Source: Polyangiaceae bacterium (GTDB lineage Bacteria > Myxococcota_A > Polyangia > Polyangiales > Polyangiaceae). From it: 64,000 nt of DNA. The DNA is taken from NCBI GenBank assembly GCA_035063585.1, contig JAPSGB010000004.1, positions 144,095 through 208,094 on the forward strand, in the 5' to 3' direction. Below, piece by piece: positions 54,997-64,000 of this stretch. Made by a program: the position numbers and the translations under genes. The stretch's first letter is position 1; each line of letters opens with the position of its first letter. The notes beneath the pieces are model-generated. The model was not told the DNA's origin. It worked only from the letters and a program-made list of their open reading frames with translations, and made no database searches.

Positions 54997-56727
54997 ATGA
55001 AGTCGTGCCCCAAGTGTAACCTCAAGTACCCGAGTCACATCCGGAGCTGCTTCATCGACGGCGTAGCGCTCGCGGACATCCCCGACCCGCGCATCGGCAC
55101 GACCATCGGCGGCCGTTACCTCATCGAGAGCGTCGCCGGCGAGGGCGGTATGGCCACCGTCTACAAGGCCCGACACCGGCTCGTGGATCGTCCCTGCGCG
55201 ATCAAGATCATGAGCGCAGGCTTCGCGCGCAACGAGGTCATCCGCGAGCGCTTCCGGCGGGAGGCGACCGCGGCTCAAAAACTCGCCCACCCGAACATCA
55301 TCGAGATCTTCGATCAGGGGGACGCCGGCGAAGGCAGCCTGTACCTGGTGATGGAGCTGCTCGACGGCGGGAGCCTCGCCGACGTGCTCGACCAAGGATC
55401 CGTCCCGCTCGACCGCGCGTTGCCGTTGCTCATCCAGACGGCCCGAGGGCTCGCGCGCGCGCACGACCTCGAGGTCGTCCACCGCGACCTGAAGCCCGAG
55501 AACATCTTCGTAGCCCCCCAGCCCGACGGGAGCGATCTGGTGAAGATCCTGGATTTCGGGATCGCGCGTTCGATGACCGACGCCCGGCTGACGGGTACCG
55601 GTGAGGTGTTCGGGACTCCGCAGTACATGGCGCCCGAGCGCATCACCTCGATCGACGCGGGCCCCCCCTCCGATCTCTACGCCATCGGCGTCATCATGTT
55701 CGAGATGCTCACGGGTCGGCAGCCCTTCGAGGCGGAGGACATCGCGACCTATTTCAAGTGCCACCTGAAGGAGCCGCCACCCAAGCCCCGCTCGTTCGAT
55801 CCTTCGATTCCGCAGGTGGTGGAAGACCTCATCCTCGAGCTGCTCGCCAAGGATCCGAAGGATCGACCCGTCGACGCGCATCGCCTCCTCGCGGATCTAG
55901 TAGACATCGCCGGCGCCATCGGCGCACGCGTCCCGCCCGACCCGACCATCGAGCCCGCCAGCTCACGCGCACCGGCCAAGACGCTCCCTCCGATCGCCCT
56001 CGATCGCTGGGCTCAACGCACGAGCATCTTCGAGCAGATGCTCGCCCGCGCCTATCCGAACGGGCGGCCCGCGGAAGCGAGCGGGCAGCTCGACCGCATC
56101 AAGGCGCTGGTGCGCGAGATCGGGGAGCTCAGGCACCGCAGCATCGACGCGCAGCACGCGCTCGAGGGCGTGGAGCGGCGCTCCCTCGACTGCCGCCAGC
56201 GCTTCGGCAACGCGGTCGACGCGCTCGGCCTCGACGTGAGCCGCGGCCGCGACCAGCTGAAGTCGGCGCTCGCGGCGTCCACGGTGCTCGCCGTCGAGGC
56301 GGGCCGCTTCGCGGGTCAGCTCAAGAAGTCCCATCAGAACGTGGTGTTCTGGGAGGGGCGCTCTGGATTTCAGGAGCCCTACGCCGAGCTCGCGGACGCG
56401 TACCGCGCCGCGGCCGCCATCGTCGACGCTTGGGTCGCCTTCCGCGCGACGGAGGCCAAGGCCAAGGAGCGCGTCGCCGCCAAGCGGAGCGAGGTGAAGG
56501 ACCTCGAGTTTCAAGTCCACGAGCTCCGCGGCGCGCTCGGCGCTCAGCTCGAGGCCATCGAAGAAGAGAAGTCGGTCTGCCAGGCCCAGATCGGAGAGAT
56601 GGGGCAGAAGGCCGATGAACTCGACCACGAGCTACTCGAGCTCGCGACGAACTTCTGCGAGCCGCTCCGCCGGCTGCCCGCGCTCAAACCGCTCTTCACG
56701 GAGCTCGAGAGCGACGCCGCGAGCTAG
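54997..56727 (+). CDS. Hanks-type Ser/Thr protein kinase with C-terminal coiled coil
   Basis: 'GEGGMATVY', 'AIK', 'HRDLKPEN', 'DFG', 'GTPQYMAPE'; N-terminal CPKC..C.DG; no TM segment. Confidence 0.95.
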   Translation: MKSCPKCNLKYPSHIRSCFIDGVALADIPDPRIGTTIGGRYLIESVAGEGGMATVYKARHRLVDRPCAIKIMSAGFARNEVIRERFRREATAAQKLAHPNIIEIFDQGDAGEGSLYLVMELLDGGSLADVLDQGSVPLDRALPLLIQTARGLARAHDLEVVHRDLKPENIFVAPQPDGSDLVKILDFGIARSMTDARLTGTGEVFGTPQYMAPERITSIDAGPPSDLYAIGVIMFEMLTGRQPFEAEDIATYFKCHLKEPPPKPRSFDPSIPQVVEDLILELLAKDPKDRPVDAHRLLADLVDIAGAIGARVPPDPTIEPASSRAPAKTLPPIALDRWAQRTSIFEQMLARAYPNGRPAEASGQLDRIKALVREIGELRHRSIDAQHALEGVERRSLDCRQRFGNAVDALGLDVSRGRDQLKSALAASTVLAVEAGRFAGQLKKSHQNVVFWEGRSGFQEPYAELADAYRAAAAIVDAWVAFRATEAKAKERVAAKRSEVKDLEFQVHELRGALGAQLEAIEEEKSVCQAQIGEMGQKADELDHELLELATNFCEPLRRLPALKPLFTELESDAAS

Positions 56728-57577
56728 ACACCGCGAGGCGTCCGCGACGCCGCGCAGGCTCGCTCACCACGAGGATCTCGAGGATCGGGCCGCGCCCCTC
56801 AGCACGTGAATTGATGTTGCGCGCCACCTCGACGAGCTCCACCTGGTAGCCGCGGTAGAGGGCGCGCGTCTCCGGGGTGTCAGAGTTCGAGAGCACCGCG
56901 CGCACGCCTCGCCGCGCGAGGTCGGCGAAGGCGCCGGCGAGCCGAGCGTGCTCGGCGGGCCCGAACGGGTGCCGGTCGTAAGCGACGAAGTTTGCCGTCT
57001 TCGAGAGCGGCACGTAAGGAGGGTCGAGATAGACGGCGTCCCCGGGCCCGGCCGCCCGAGCCGCCGCCTCGAAGTCCGCCTCCTCGAGGCGCACCCCCTC
57101 GAGCACCCGCGCCGCCGCGCGGAGCCGCTCCTCGTCGCAGTAGCGTGGGTTCGCGTAGCGTCCGAACGGCACGTTGAACTCACCCGAGCGATTCACGCGG
57201 TAGAGCCCGTTATAGCCGGTCTTGTTGAGGTAGATGGTTCTCGCGGCGCGGCCGGCGAGCGTGCGCGGCTTCATCGCGCGGATCTCGTAGAAATCCTTCT
57301 CTGAGTGCTTGAAGCGCCGGAGCCGCGCGATGACGCCCTCGACGTCTTCCTGGAGCGCGCGATAGACGCCCACGATCTCGGGGTTCTTGTCGGAGAGCAC
57401 CGCGCGCGAGAAGCGCCCCTCGGCGGCGAGCGCGAAGAACACCGCGGCGCCGCCCACGAACGGCTCGTAGTAGGTGTCGATGCGCTCGGGCAGGCGCGCG
57501 AGGATGGGCTCGAGCAGCTGCGACTTCCCACCGGCCCACTTGAGCACCGGGCGCGCCTCGCCTCGAGCCGACCTCAC
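56696..57577 (-). CDS. DNA adenine methyltransferase (Dam/D12 family), orphan
   Basis: 'LKWAGGK', 'EPFVGG.AV', 'GLYRVN..G.FNVPFG', 'YLDPPY', 'SNS'; AAGGAG RBS. Confidence 0.93.
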   Translation of the reverse strand: MRSARGEARPVLKWAGGKSQLLEPILARLPERIDTYYEPFVGGAAVFFALAAEGRFSRAVLSDKNPEIVGVYRALQEDVEGVIARLRRFKHSEKDFYEIRAMKPRTLAGRAARTIYLNKTGYNGLYRVNRSGEFNVPFGRYANPRYCDEERLRAAARVLEGVRLEEADFEAAARAAGPGDAVYLDPPYVPLSKTANFVAYDRHPFGPAEHARLAGAFADLARRGVRAVLSNSDTPETRALYRGYQVELVEVARNINSRAEGRGPILEILVVSEPARRRGRLAVSSSRRRSRAP

Positions 57578-57873
57578 GCTCGCTCCTTAGCGTCGTCGGG
57601 AGCGTGCGTAAAGGAGGCGCGCCGCCGGCCGCGCCGGACCCACCACCCCCGTCTCCGTCGTGAGAACCACCCGGCAGGGCCGCACCATTCGTCGACCCGC
57701 TGCGCCCCAGGTCGAAGGGCAGCGTGAGCACGAGCGGCCGGAGCGGCGCGCGGGCGGGCAGGAGGTGGTCGGTCAGGTCCGCGCTGGTCGACGCCATGCG
57801 TCTCTCGGAGCGCGCCTTGCGCGAACGCTCCGTTCGCGCTTCGCTGGCGCACCGGCTGCTACACTGTCGGGTG

Positions 57874-59352
57874 ATGTTCCGCCGTTTCCTCCCCGTGCTC
57901 GCACTCGCGCTCGTGCTCGCCGCGTGCAGCGACTCCGCCTCCGATCCGTCGGCCAAGGACGACGATGCCGGCGCCCTCGACGGTGGCGGAGGCGACGCCG
58001 CCACGGCCCCCGATGCTACAGCCAGCCTCGACGCCGGCGAGCCCCTCGATGCCGCGGCGGCGGACGGCGGCCTGCCACCCGGACTACGTGATCCACACCT
58101 TCGCTTCGATCGCTCTCGTCTCGGGCCGAAGGGCCTCGCACCGAAGGTGGGCTGTCAAGCGACGGGCGCGGGAAGGTGCCGCTGGGTCTCGCCGAGCGGC
58201 GCGGGAGACACGTGCACGCAGGCCGCGCCGTGCCGCGTGAAGACGGTGCTCGCCTCGCTCGTCGCCGGAGACGTCGTGCGCTTCCTCGCGGGGACCTACG
58301 ACGCGAGCCAGGGCGCGCTCGATCGGATCAGCATGGACAAGTACGGCGTCGTGCCGACGACCCCGCAGACGCCGATCGTCTTCGAACCCGAGCCGGGGCA
58401 GAGAGTGATCTTCCGCGGCGACGCGAAGGCCCCGTGCGTCTGGATCGACGGTACCGGAAACCTCGTCTTTCAGGGCTTCGAGATCGAGCACTGTTGGGAG
58501 GCCGGGATCCGCGTCGGAGAAGACCTGCAACAGGCGACGAGCAACGTAACGGTCCGAAATAGCGAGTTTCGCGATATCTCCTGCGACGACAACATGGGCG
58601 CCGTGTTCCTGACCGGGGTGCCAGGCTTCACGTTCGAGAACAACGTCGTCCACGACTTCCATAAGGGTTCGGGTCGTGGGCTGGGGATGGTGATCTTCCG
58701 TGCGAAGGATCTCCGCGTCGTAAGTAACGAGTTTTACGATCTCTCCGAGGGGATCTACTACAAGCACGGAGAGAGGACGGCCGGCGACGGCGGCACCACT
58801 GGCTTCTACGGCAACTACTTCCACGACATGCCGAACAAGGCGCTCGGGGTGAACCAGAACCGCACCGACGTCGCCTACAACGTCTTCGAAGACACAGGCG
58901 GGCTGGTGCTCTTCGAGGCGGACGGCACGGTGGCCGATTTCCTGTTCGACGTGCACGTGCGCTCCACGACGTTCATCCGCTCCGACCTCAAGGCGATGCA
59001 GCGCGGCGACGGCTTCAGCGGCGCGCAGAATACGACCGTCGACCACTCGATCTTCTATGATGGAAAGCTCGAGATCTGGCCCTACGGAGTCGACGCGGAT
59101 TTCACCGAGGGCATCGGCTGGACGAGCTCGGACAACTGCTTCTATTCGTCGAAGGGGCCTCCAGTGTTCGACTACTTCGTGAGCAGCAACCCTGCGTACG
59201 GACAGACCACGCTCGGGGGGGCGTACGCCTTCGAGGAATGGAAGGCGCTCGGCTTCGACCTGAGCTCGACGGTCGCGGATCCCGAGTTGGCACCCGGTAC
59301 GTTCGTCTCGCAGGCGGCCGCGTGCGCCGCCTACGGCGCGTACGGACCGTGA
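57874..59352 (+). CDS. Right-handed parallel beta-helix lipoprotein
   Basis: Lipobox LAAC, 'WVSP.GAG..CT.AAPC', 'GDVVRF.AGTY', 'NVTVRNSEFRD', 'ENNVVHD'. Confidence 0.78.
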   Translation: MFRRFLPVLALALVLAACSDSASDPSAKDDDAGALDGGGGDAATAPDATASLDAGEPLDAAAADGGLPPGLRDPHLRFDRSRLGPKGLAPKVGCQATGAGRCRWVSPSGAGDTCTQAAPCRVKTVLASLVAGDVVRFLAGTYDASQGALDRISMDKYGVVPTTPQTPIVFEPEPGQRVIFRGDAKAPCVWIDGTGNLVFQGFEIEHCWEAGIRVGEDLQQATSNVTVRNSEFRDISCDDNMGAVFLTGVPGFTFENNVVHDFHKGSGRGLGMVIFRAKDLRVVSNEFYDLSEGIYYKHGERTAGDGGTTGFYGNYFHDMPNKALGVNQNRTDVAYNVFEDTGGLVLFEADGTVADFLFDVHVRSTTFIRSDLKAMQRGDGFSGAQNTTVDHSIFYDGKLEIWPYGVDADFTEGIGWTSSDNCFYSSKGPPVFDYFVSSNPAYGQTTLGGAYAFEEWKALGFDLSSTVADPELAPGTFVSQAAACAAYGAYGP

Positions 59353-59534
59353 GGGGCTCGCGCGAACGATTCATTCGCCGGCGAACGGACCGTCCGCCTA
59401 CGAGGTCGCAAGCTGACGGATCCCCTCGTCTTGCGGCGAAAGTTCGGGAAACGCGAGGGCGAAGTCGAAGCCATCGCGGCGTGCCACCTCCAGCGGAGCA
59501 TGATGACACCCGCCTTGCCCCAGCGCGACACGCC

Positions 59535-60033
59535 GCTACCTGATTCGCTTCCGCGAGCGCATCCTCTTCACCGACGTCGCGGACGCCACGAAGCCTGCGA
59601 CGGAGTGGATCGCGAAGTCGGGCGAGGCGAAGATGACCGAGAGCGCGCGCGTGAGCGACGACGAGACCGAGGTGCCGGCCGTCGTCCTCGCTTACGACCG
59701 GAGGATGAAGGACGCCGCGCGCCTCGCGGCCAGCCGCGCCGATCTCGGCGCCGCGTCCGCAGCACCGACCGCCGCGTTCGGCTGCTCTTCCTCGGCGCCA
59801 TCGCCTACGCGCTCTCGACCCTGGTCGGCGCCGCCGGCGAGCGCCGCGGCCTCGGCCGGAGGCTCGAGATCGACACCGTCAAACGACGCACGCTTTCGCT
59901 CTACGACCAGGGCTGCTTCTGGTACGATGCAATTCCGGCGATGCCGGATGACCGGCTCGCGCTCCTCAGGACGGCTTACGATGAGTGCGTTCGCGAGCAA
60001 GCTCTCCTCCGCGACGTGTTCGGCCTGCCATGA
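59535..60033 (+). pseudogene. IS4-family-like transposase remnant (3' part, frameshifted/internally deleted)
   Basis: One frame reads 'YLIRFRERI...EWIAKSG.AKM...VPAVV...MKDA.RLA.SR.DL'; a second reads 'LL.LGAIAYAL.TLVGAAGE..GL...TVKRRTLSLY.QG..WY.AIP'; both recalled from myxobacterial IS4 transposases. Confidence 0.6.
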
Positions 60034-60887
60034 GCGCGAAACGAGGGGACGCTTCGTCCGCTGGGGAACAGGGCATGAAAGCAATTCAACCGGCCGCGGT
60101 CGATCGGGAGTTCGTCGAACGTTCGTTCGCGCGAGAGCGCGCACGCGCATCGCGGTCGATCGAGGCACTGTCGCGGGTGCCGCTTGGAAACCTCACGCTC
60201 GCGAGCGACGTGAGACTCGTCGCGGGGCTGGCGCTCTCGATGGACAAGGCGGACGAGGCGTGTCGCCTCGCGCGGCTTGGCACGCGAGTGATGGCAGCGA
60301 CCTTCGAGTTGCGCAGGGCTGAGAGCGTCACCATCGAGTCGCTCTGGCCCGAGAGGACGGCGCTGGTGCTGAAGGGGCCGAGCGCGCGCTGGGACGCCAC
60401 GCCTGCGGACTGGGTGAACGCGATGTCGCTGGCGGTGGCTCTCGACGATGCCGAGTCACAGAGAGCGCTTCTCGCGCATCAGGACTTCGCGAGCCCGGAA
60501 GGCGTTCGCTGGGACGGCTTCTGGGAGCCCTGGGTGGACCTGTGGGTGCACGCGCTCGCGGGACGTACGGCTGAGGCGGGGCATTCGCTCGCGATGTCTC
60601 TCGAGTTGACCGACCCGAAGCAGGTGAGCGTCCTTGAGAGCTGTGTACTGAGCGTGTACGTCCCTCCGCTCGAGGTGATGTACCGGGCTCTCGAAGGAGA
60701 CGCCGCTGGCTTCGACACGGCCATCGAGAAGGCTTTGACTCGACACAACGCCCACTGGGGCGCGCAGCCGGAGGAACTGGAGGCGCTGGTGCCGGGGCTC
60801 CTGCTCGGAGCCGTTCGCTGGGGAGACCGGCTCGGCGTTCGCCGCACCGTCGACTCACCGCTGTTTCGTCTCCTGCCCACTGTCTGA
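60030..60887 (+). CDS. Imm49-like immunity protein (orphan)
   Basis: 'DWVNAMSLA', 'VPPLEVMYRAL.GD..GF..AIEKAL.RH..HW' resemble Imm49; atypical codon usage; start 60030 or 60075. Confidence 0.55.
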   Translation: MSAKRGDASSAGEQGMKAIQPAAVDREFVERSFARERARASRSIEALSRVPLGNLTLASDVRLVAGLALSMDKADEACRLARLGTRVMAATFELRRAESVTIESLWPERTALVLKGPSARWDATPADWVNAMSLAVALDDAESQRALLAHQDFASPEGVRWDGFWEPWVDLWVHALAGRTAEAGHSLAMSLELTDPKQVSVLESCVLSVYVPPLEVMYRALEGDAAGFDTAIEKALTRHNAHWGAQPEELEALVPGLLLGAVRWGDRLGVRRTVDSPLFRLLPTV

Positions 60888-60955
60888 TCAGGGGCTGAGG
60901 TTGAAGTGCTTCACCACGACGGCCTGGACGGAGCTCCGTGGTCCGTTGATCCCGG

Positions 60956-61160
60956 ATGGGTGCGGCGGACAACGAGAAGGTGCGACGAGAGCGGCTCGGC
61001 GGCATGCGCGGAGACGGGAATCGACGCCGCGCCCGGAGCCGACAGCCGCGAGCGTCGGCGATTCGCGCCGGACGCCTGGACGCGACGCTCACCGGAGTGG
61101 CTAGGCTGGTACCGTTCGGAGCGTACCTGGAGAAAATCGGCCTCGATGCGCAGCTCCGGT
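60956..61160 (+). pseudogene. IS1380-like transposase N-terminal fragment
   Basis: 'RRRARSRQP....IRAGRLDATLTGVARLVPFGAYLEKIGLDAQLR' then abrupt loss of similarity. Confidence 0.4.
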
Positions 61161-61330
61161 CGCCGACCTTGCAGAGCCGCACTGCCTCCGCCATTAGCGC
61201 TGCGTCGAACGCGCGACGCTTCCGGCGTCCCTTGTTCCACTTGCCCTTGCGATTGCTCTCGTCCATGGAGCACTCTGGACGCGTTGTCGCGCCTCTTGGG
61301 GTGTCCACACGAAAGCGGGGTCAAGCGGCA
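61150..61330 (-). mobile_element. IS3-family left-end remnant (terminal sequence plus OrfA N-terminus)
   Basis: Minus strand 'RRKRRAFDAALMAEAVRLCKVGDRS' (IS3 OrfA-like HTH start) preceded by 'tgaccccgctttcgtgtggacac', resembling IS3 ends. Confidence 0.55.
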
Positions 61331-61401
61331 AGCCGCGCTCCCGTGACCGTTGCCTGCGACCGGCCATTGCGTCGCGCGTCGTTCTGGGCTCCGATCACGA
61401 G

Positions 61402-62163
61402 ATGACCTGGAACCAGCACCTCGCGAAGACCGCGGACCTCGACGACGACGACCCTCAGAAGTGGCAGCTCTTGGAGCAGTTCGCGCAGGCGGTCGGCGCT
61501 GGGATGCTGAACGGGGCGCAGTGCGTGCAGAACCACACCGACGGCGAGCTCGAGCTCCGTGGGCGCTTCCACGAATACCCGGCGCGGCTCAAGATCACCA
61601 CCTCCTTCCTCTCTCCCGAGTGGGAGCTCAAGGGCCTGAACCCCGCCGGGACCACCCTCTTCTTTCATTGGGATCCGGACGCGGTGCCGGACGTCGGGCA
61701 GTTCCAGGGACAGCAGGCCAGTGACTGGGACGATGACGACGACTCGAAGAAGGTCTTCTTCGCCAAGGGTTACTACCTCGACGCAGACGGCAGCGCGATG
61801 GACCGCCAGCTCGCCATCTACCAGGCGCTCCCCGGCGAGGTGCGTCAGGCGCTCTCGACTTACATGGTGAGCGATCGGATCGCGCGCTTCTATTGGTATG
61901 ATTACGCGAGCCAGCTCCTCGGCTACACCGATGAGCTCAACGAGATGGCTGAGCCGCTGGGCCAAGTCCAGCGCGGGCTCTGGCTGATGGGCCAGGTAGC
62001 CTGGGCGCTCTCGCAGGTGAACGTGGCGTCTCTTCCGCCGCCCGTGGGGTCTGCCGTCCCCGGCGTCCTCTACAAGATGACCTGCTTCTACTGCGGCAGC
62101 ATGTATCTCTGGAGTCAGAGCCAGCGCTGCCCGAACTGCGGCGCGCCGCCCCGGGGCCAGTAG
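61402..62163 (+). CDS. Hypothetical protein with C-terminal zinc ribbon
   Basis: Strong GC3 bias; 'CFYCG......RCPNCGAP'; acidic DWDDDDD loop. Confidence 0.75.
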   Translation: MTWNQHLAKTADLDDDDPQKWQLLEQFAQAVGAGMLNGAQCVQNHTDGELELRGRFHEYPARLKITTSFLSPEWELKGLNPAGTTLFFHWDPDAVPDVGQFQGQQASDWDDDDDSKKVFFAKGYYLDADGSAMDRQLAIYQALPGEVRQALSTYMVSDRIARFYWYDYASQLLGYTDELNEMAEPLGQVQRGLWLMGQVAWALSQVNVASLPPPVGSAVPGVLYKMTCFYCGSMYLWSQSQRCPNCGAPPRGQ

Positions 62164-62572
62164 CAGCGCTCGGCAGCGCCGGGGCCGCGCCGCACGGAGC
62201 CCCGATCGGCGCGTAGGCATCATCGGGGGTGGCGTCCGGAATCCAAGCTGTCGCGCGTCGGCTGGTAGCGGTGTTCCGCGCCGCGCGCCCGCTGGGCATG
62301 GGAGGCTCGCAAGCTGACCGAGGCGCGCGAGCGCCTCCTCGAGTTGACGCTCGCTATCGCGAACCAACGCGCCTAGCGCCATCGGCGCCGGTCACCTCCG
62401 TCTCCCGCTCGAGCGGCTCGACCATCGCCTGGCTCTCGCGCCGGACCCACAGCCTTCCGGGGCGCTCGGGCCGCTCGCTTCCGCGCCGGACCGACAGCCT
62501 GCCGGCGGCGCTCGGGGAGCGCGCGGCGGCGCATCGGCGGCGAGTCGGCGCGGTGACCCTCGCTCTGTGCCC

Positions 62573-63850
62573 CTACTGACGCGCGCTGGCGGTCACCAGG
62601 TTCGGTGGGTGGCCGGTCGAAAGGTAGGTGACCCCGGCGATCTCTGCGCGCAACGTGGCCGAGAAGAACGCGGTGACGAAGCCGGCGGCGATCTCGCGCG
62701 CGACGTCGTTGTCGAGGTAGTTGAACGTCTGGCCGCTCGTCATTCGCTTGCCGGCGCCGCAGCCGGCGGCGAACATCGGGATCAGCCCGGCGATGTCGGA
62801 GAACGACCAGTGCCCGGCGTTGGCGACGCGCGACAGCCACGCCGGCGGGCTCGCGCTGGTGAAGTTCTGCTCGATGAGCTGGTTGCCGAGCGTGGAGATG
62901 CTGTTGTCTTCCTCGGCGCGGAGGAAGGCCACCGGCACGTGGAGCTGCGCCATGTGAGCGCCCTTCGGGAAAGCCGGGCTCTCCATGGGCACCGCCAGCG
63001 CCAGCGCGGCGCGCACGCGTGGGTCCTCCTCTGCCACCGCGGCCGCGGTGGCGCCGCCGTAGCTGTGACCGAAGACGCCGACGGTCGCGGCGTCGAAGCG
63101 GCCGCGCAGCGCCGCCGGCACCGCGGCGCTCGAGGCGCCCAGCACGACGTCCAGCGTGAAGCGGATGTCGCCCACGCGTACAGCCAGGAACTTATCGTTG
63201 ATGGGCGCGGAGTTGCCCGCCTGGGCGTCGTAGACGGTGTTCCCCACGTGATCGGGGGCGACCACCGCGAAGCCGTAGCTGGCGAGCCGCTCGGCGACGA
63301 AGGCCTCGGAGAAGCGCGCGCAGTTGTGACAGTGCGAGAAGACGATCACAGGGAACGGCGCGCCGCCGGCGGGCGTGGCGTCGGCCGCCGAGCGCACTCG
63401 CTTTCGCGTGCAGCCGCTGGGGGCCGCGGCGACCAGCGCGGCGAGCGTGTCGTGGTGGGCTCCCGAGGGCTCGAGATCCTCGAGCGGCGTCCCCTGCGTC
63501 GCCGCCGCTTGCGCCGACTCATCAGCCGGGTACCACACCTCGATCGGCAGCGTGCGCGAGCTCTTGGGGTCGATGGCCTCGAAGTAGGCGTGCCCGACCG
63601 GGTAGGCTCCGGGCTGATTGAAATCGACCGGGGACGACGGCGCGTCGTCCGGCGCGTCTGCCGCGGCGTCCGCGCCGACCACCCCGCCGCTGCCGCCCGT
63701 GCTCGTGCCGCCGCTGCCGCCCGTGCTCGCGCCGCCGCTGCCGCCCGTGCTCGTGCCGCCGCTGCCGCCCGTGCTCGCACCGCTCGAGCCACACGAGAGG
63801 CCAAGGGACACGGACACCGAGCCCACCAAGACCAACCAGGGAACGCGCAT
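62573..63850 (-). CDS. Alpha/beta hydrolase lipoprotein (PAF-acetylhydrolase/dienelactone-hydrolase-like)
   Basis: Lipobox LGLSC, 'RTLPIEVWYPA', 'PVIVFSH', 'LASYGFAVVAPDH.G', nucleophile 'GHSYGG', 'AGHWSFSD'. Confidence 0.88.
   Translation of the reverse strand: MRVPWLVLVGSVSVSLGLSCGSSGASTGGSGGTSTGGSGGASTGGSGGTSTGGSGGVVGADAAADAPDDAPSSPVDFNQPGAYPVGHAYFEAIDPKSSRTLPIEVWYPADESAQAAATQGTPLEDLEPSGAHHDTLAALVAAAPSGCTRKRVRSAADATPAGGAPFPVIVFSHCHNCARFSEAFVAERLASYGFAVVAPDHVGNTVYDAQAGNSAPINDKFLAVRVGDIRFTLDVVLGASSAAVPAALRGRFDAATVGVFGHSYGGATAAAVAEEDPRVRAALALAVPMESPAFPKGAHMAQLHVPVAFLRAEEDNSISTLGNQLIEQNFTSASPPAWLSRVANAGHWSFSDIAGLIPMFAAGCGAGKRMTSGQTFNYLDNDVAREIAAGFVTAFFSATLRAEIAGVTYLSTGHPPNLVTASARQ
63682..63782 (-). 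repeat. 24-bp coding tandem repeat (GGSGG(T/A)ST x ~4)
   Basis: ccgccgctgccgcccgtgctcg(t/c)g repeated. Confidence 0.9.
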
Positions 63851-64000
63851 GAGGCGCTGCACGATAGCGCACGCGCCCAGGGCCTGGGAAGCGGTCGCCG
63901 CCCGGCGGCGACCGCGTCCCCGGCCCAGTTCGGCGCCCCCGAGGCCGGTCCGCCCCGCGACCACTCCCCCCGCGTTCCCGTCGTCACCGGGCGCTCGCAC

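Overview
Very GC-rich bacterial chromosome segment. Gene content points to a myxobacterium (Myxococcota, probably Polyangiaceae/Sorangiineae-like; inferred): Gly-linker lipoproteins, a MYXO-CTERM-like tail, a CglF-like peptide, a PEGA protein, a vWA lipoprotein and a Ser/Thr kinase. About 55 CDSs were called. They include a Zn/Mn uptake operon coupled to an S46 peptidase, isocitrate dehydrogenase, acyl-CoA dehydrogenase, a comM-recA pair behind a sigma54-like promoter, an SCP2-type thiolase, two Crp/Fnr regulators, gluQ, miaE, a peptide-scavenging cluster (two POT/MFS transporters, M50 and M13 peptidases), had+dch of the anaerobic benzoyl-CoA pathway, an orphan Dam-family methylase, and a small IS-debris islet carrying an orphan Imm49-like gene. 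The most striking feature is a RecQ-family protein (11235-13940) with degenerate catalytic motifs (DEAH replaced by EDAE), fused to a ~245-aa histone-H1-like K/R/A/T/P repeat and followed by a polyphosphate-binding CHAD gene. This is a candidate undescribed nucleoid/polyP-organising module. No rRNA, tRNA or CRISPR array was seen. All family calls come from motif recognition by eye; no searches were run.
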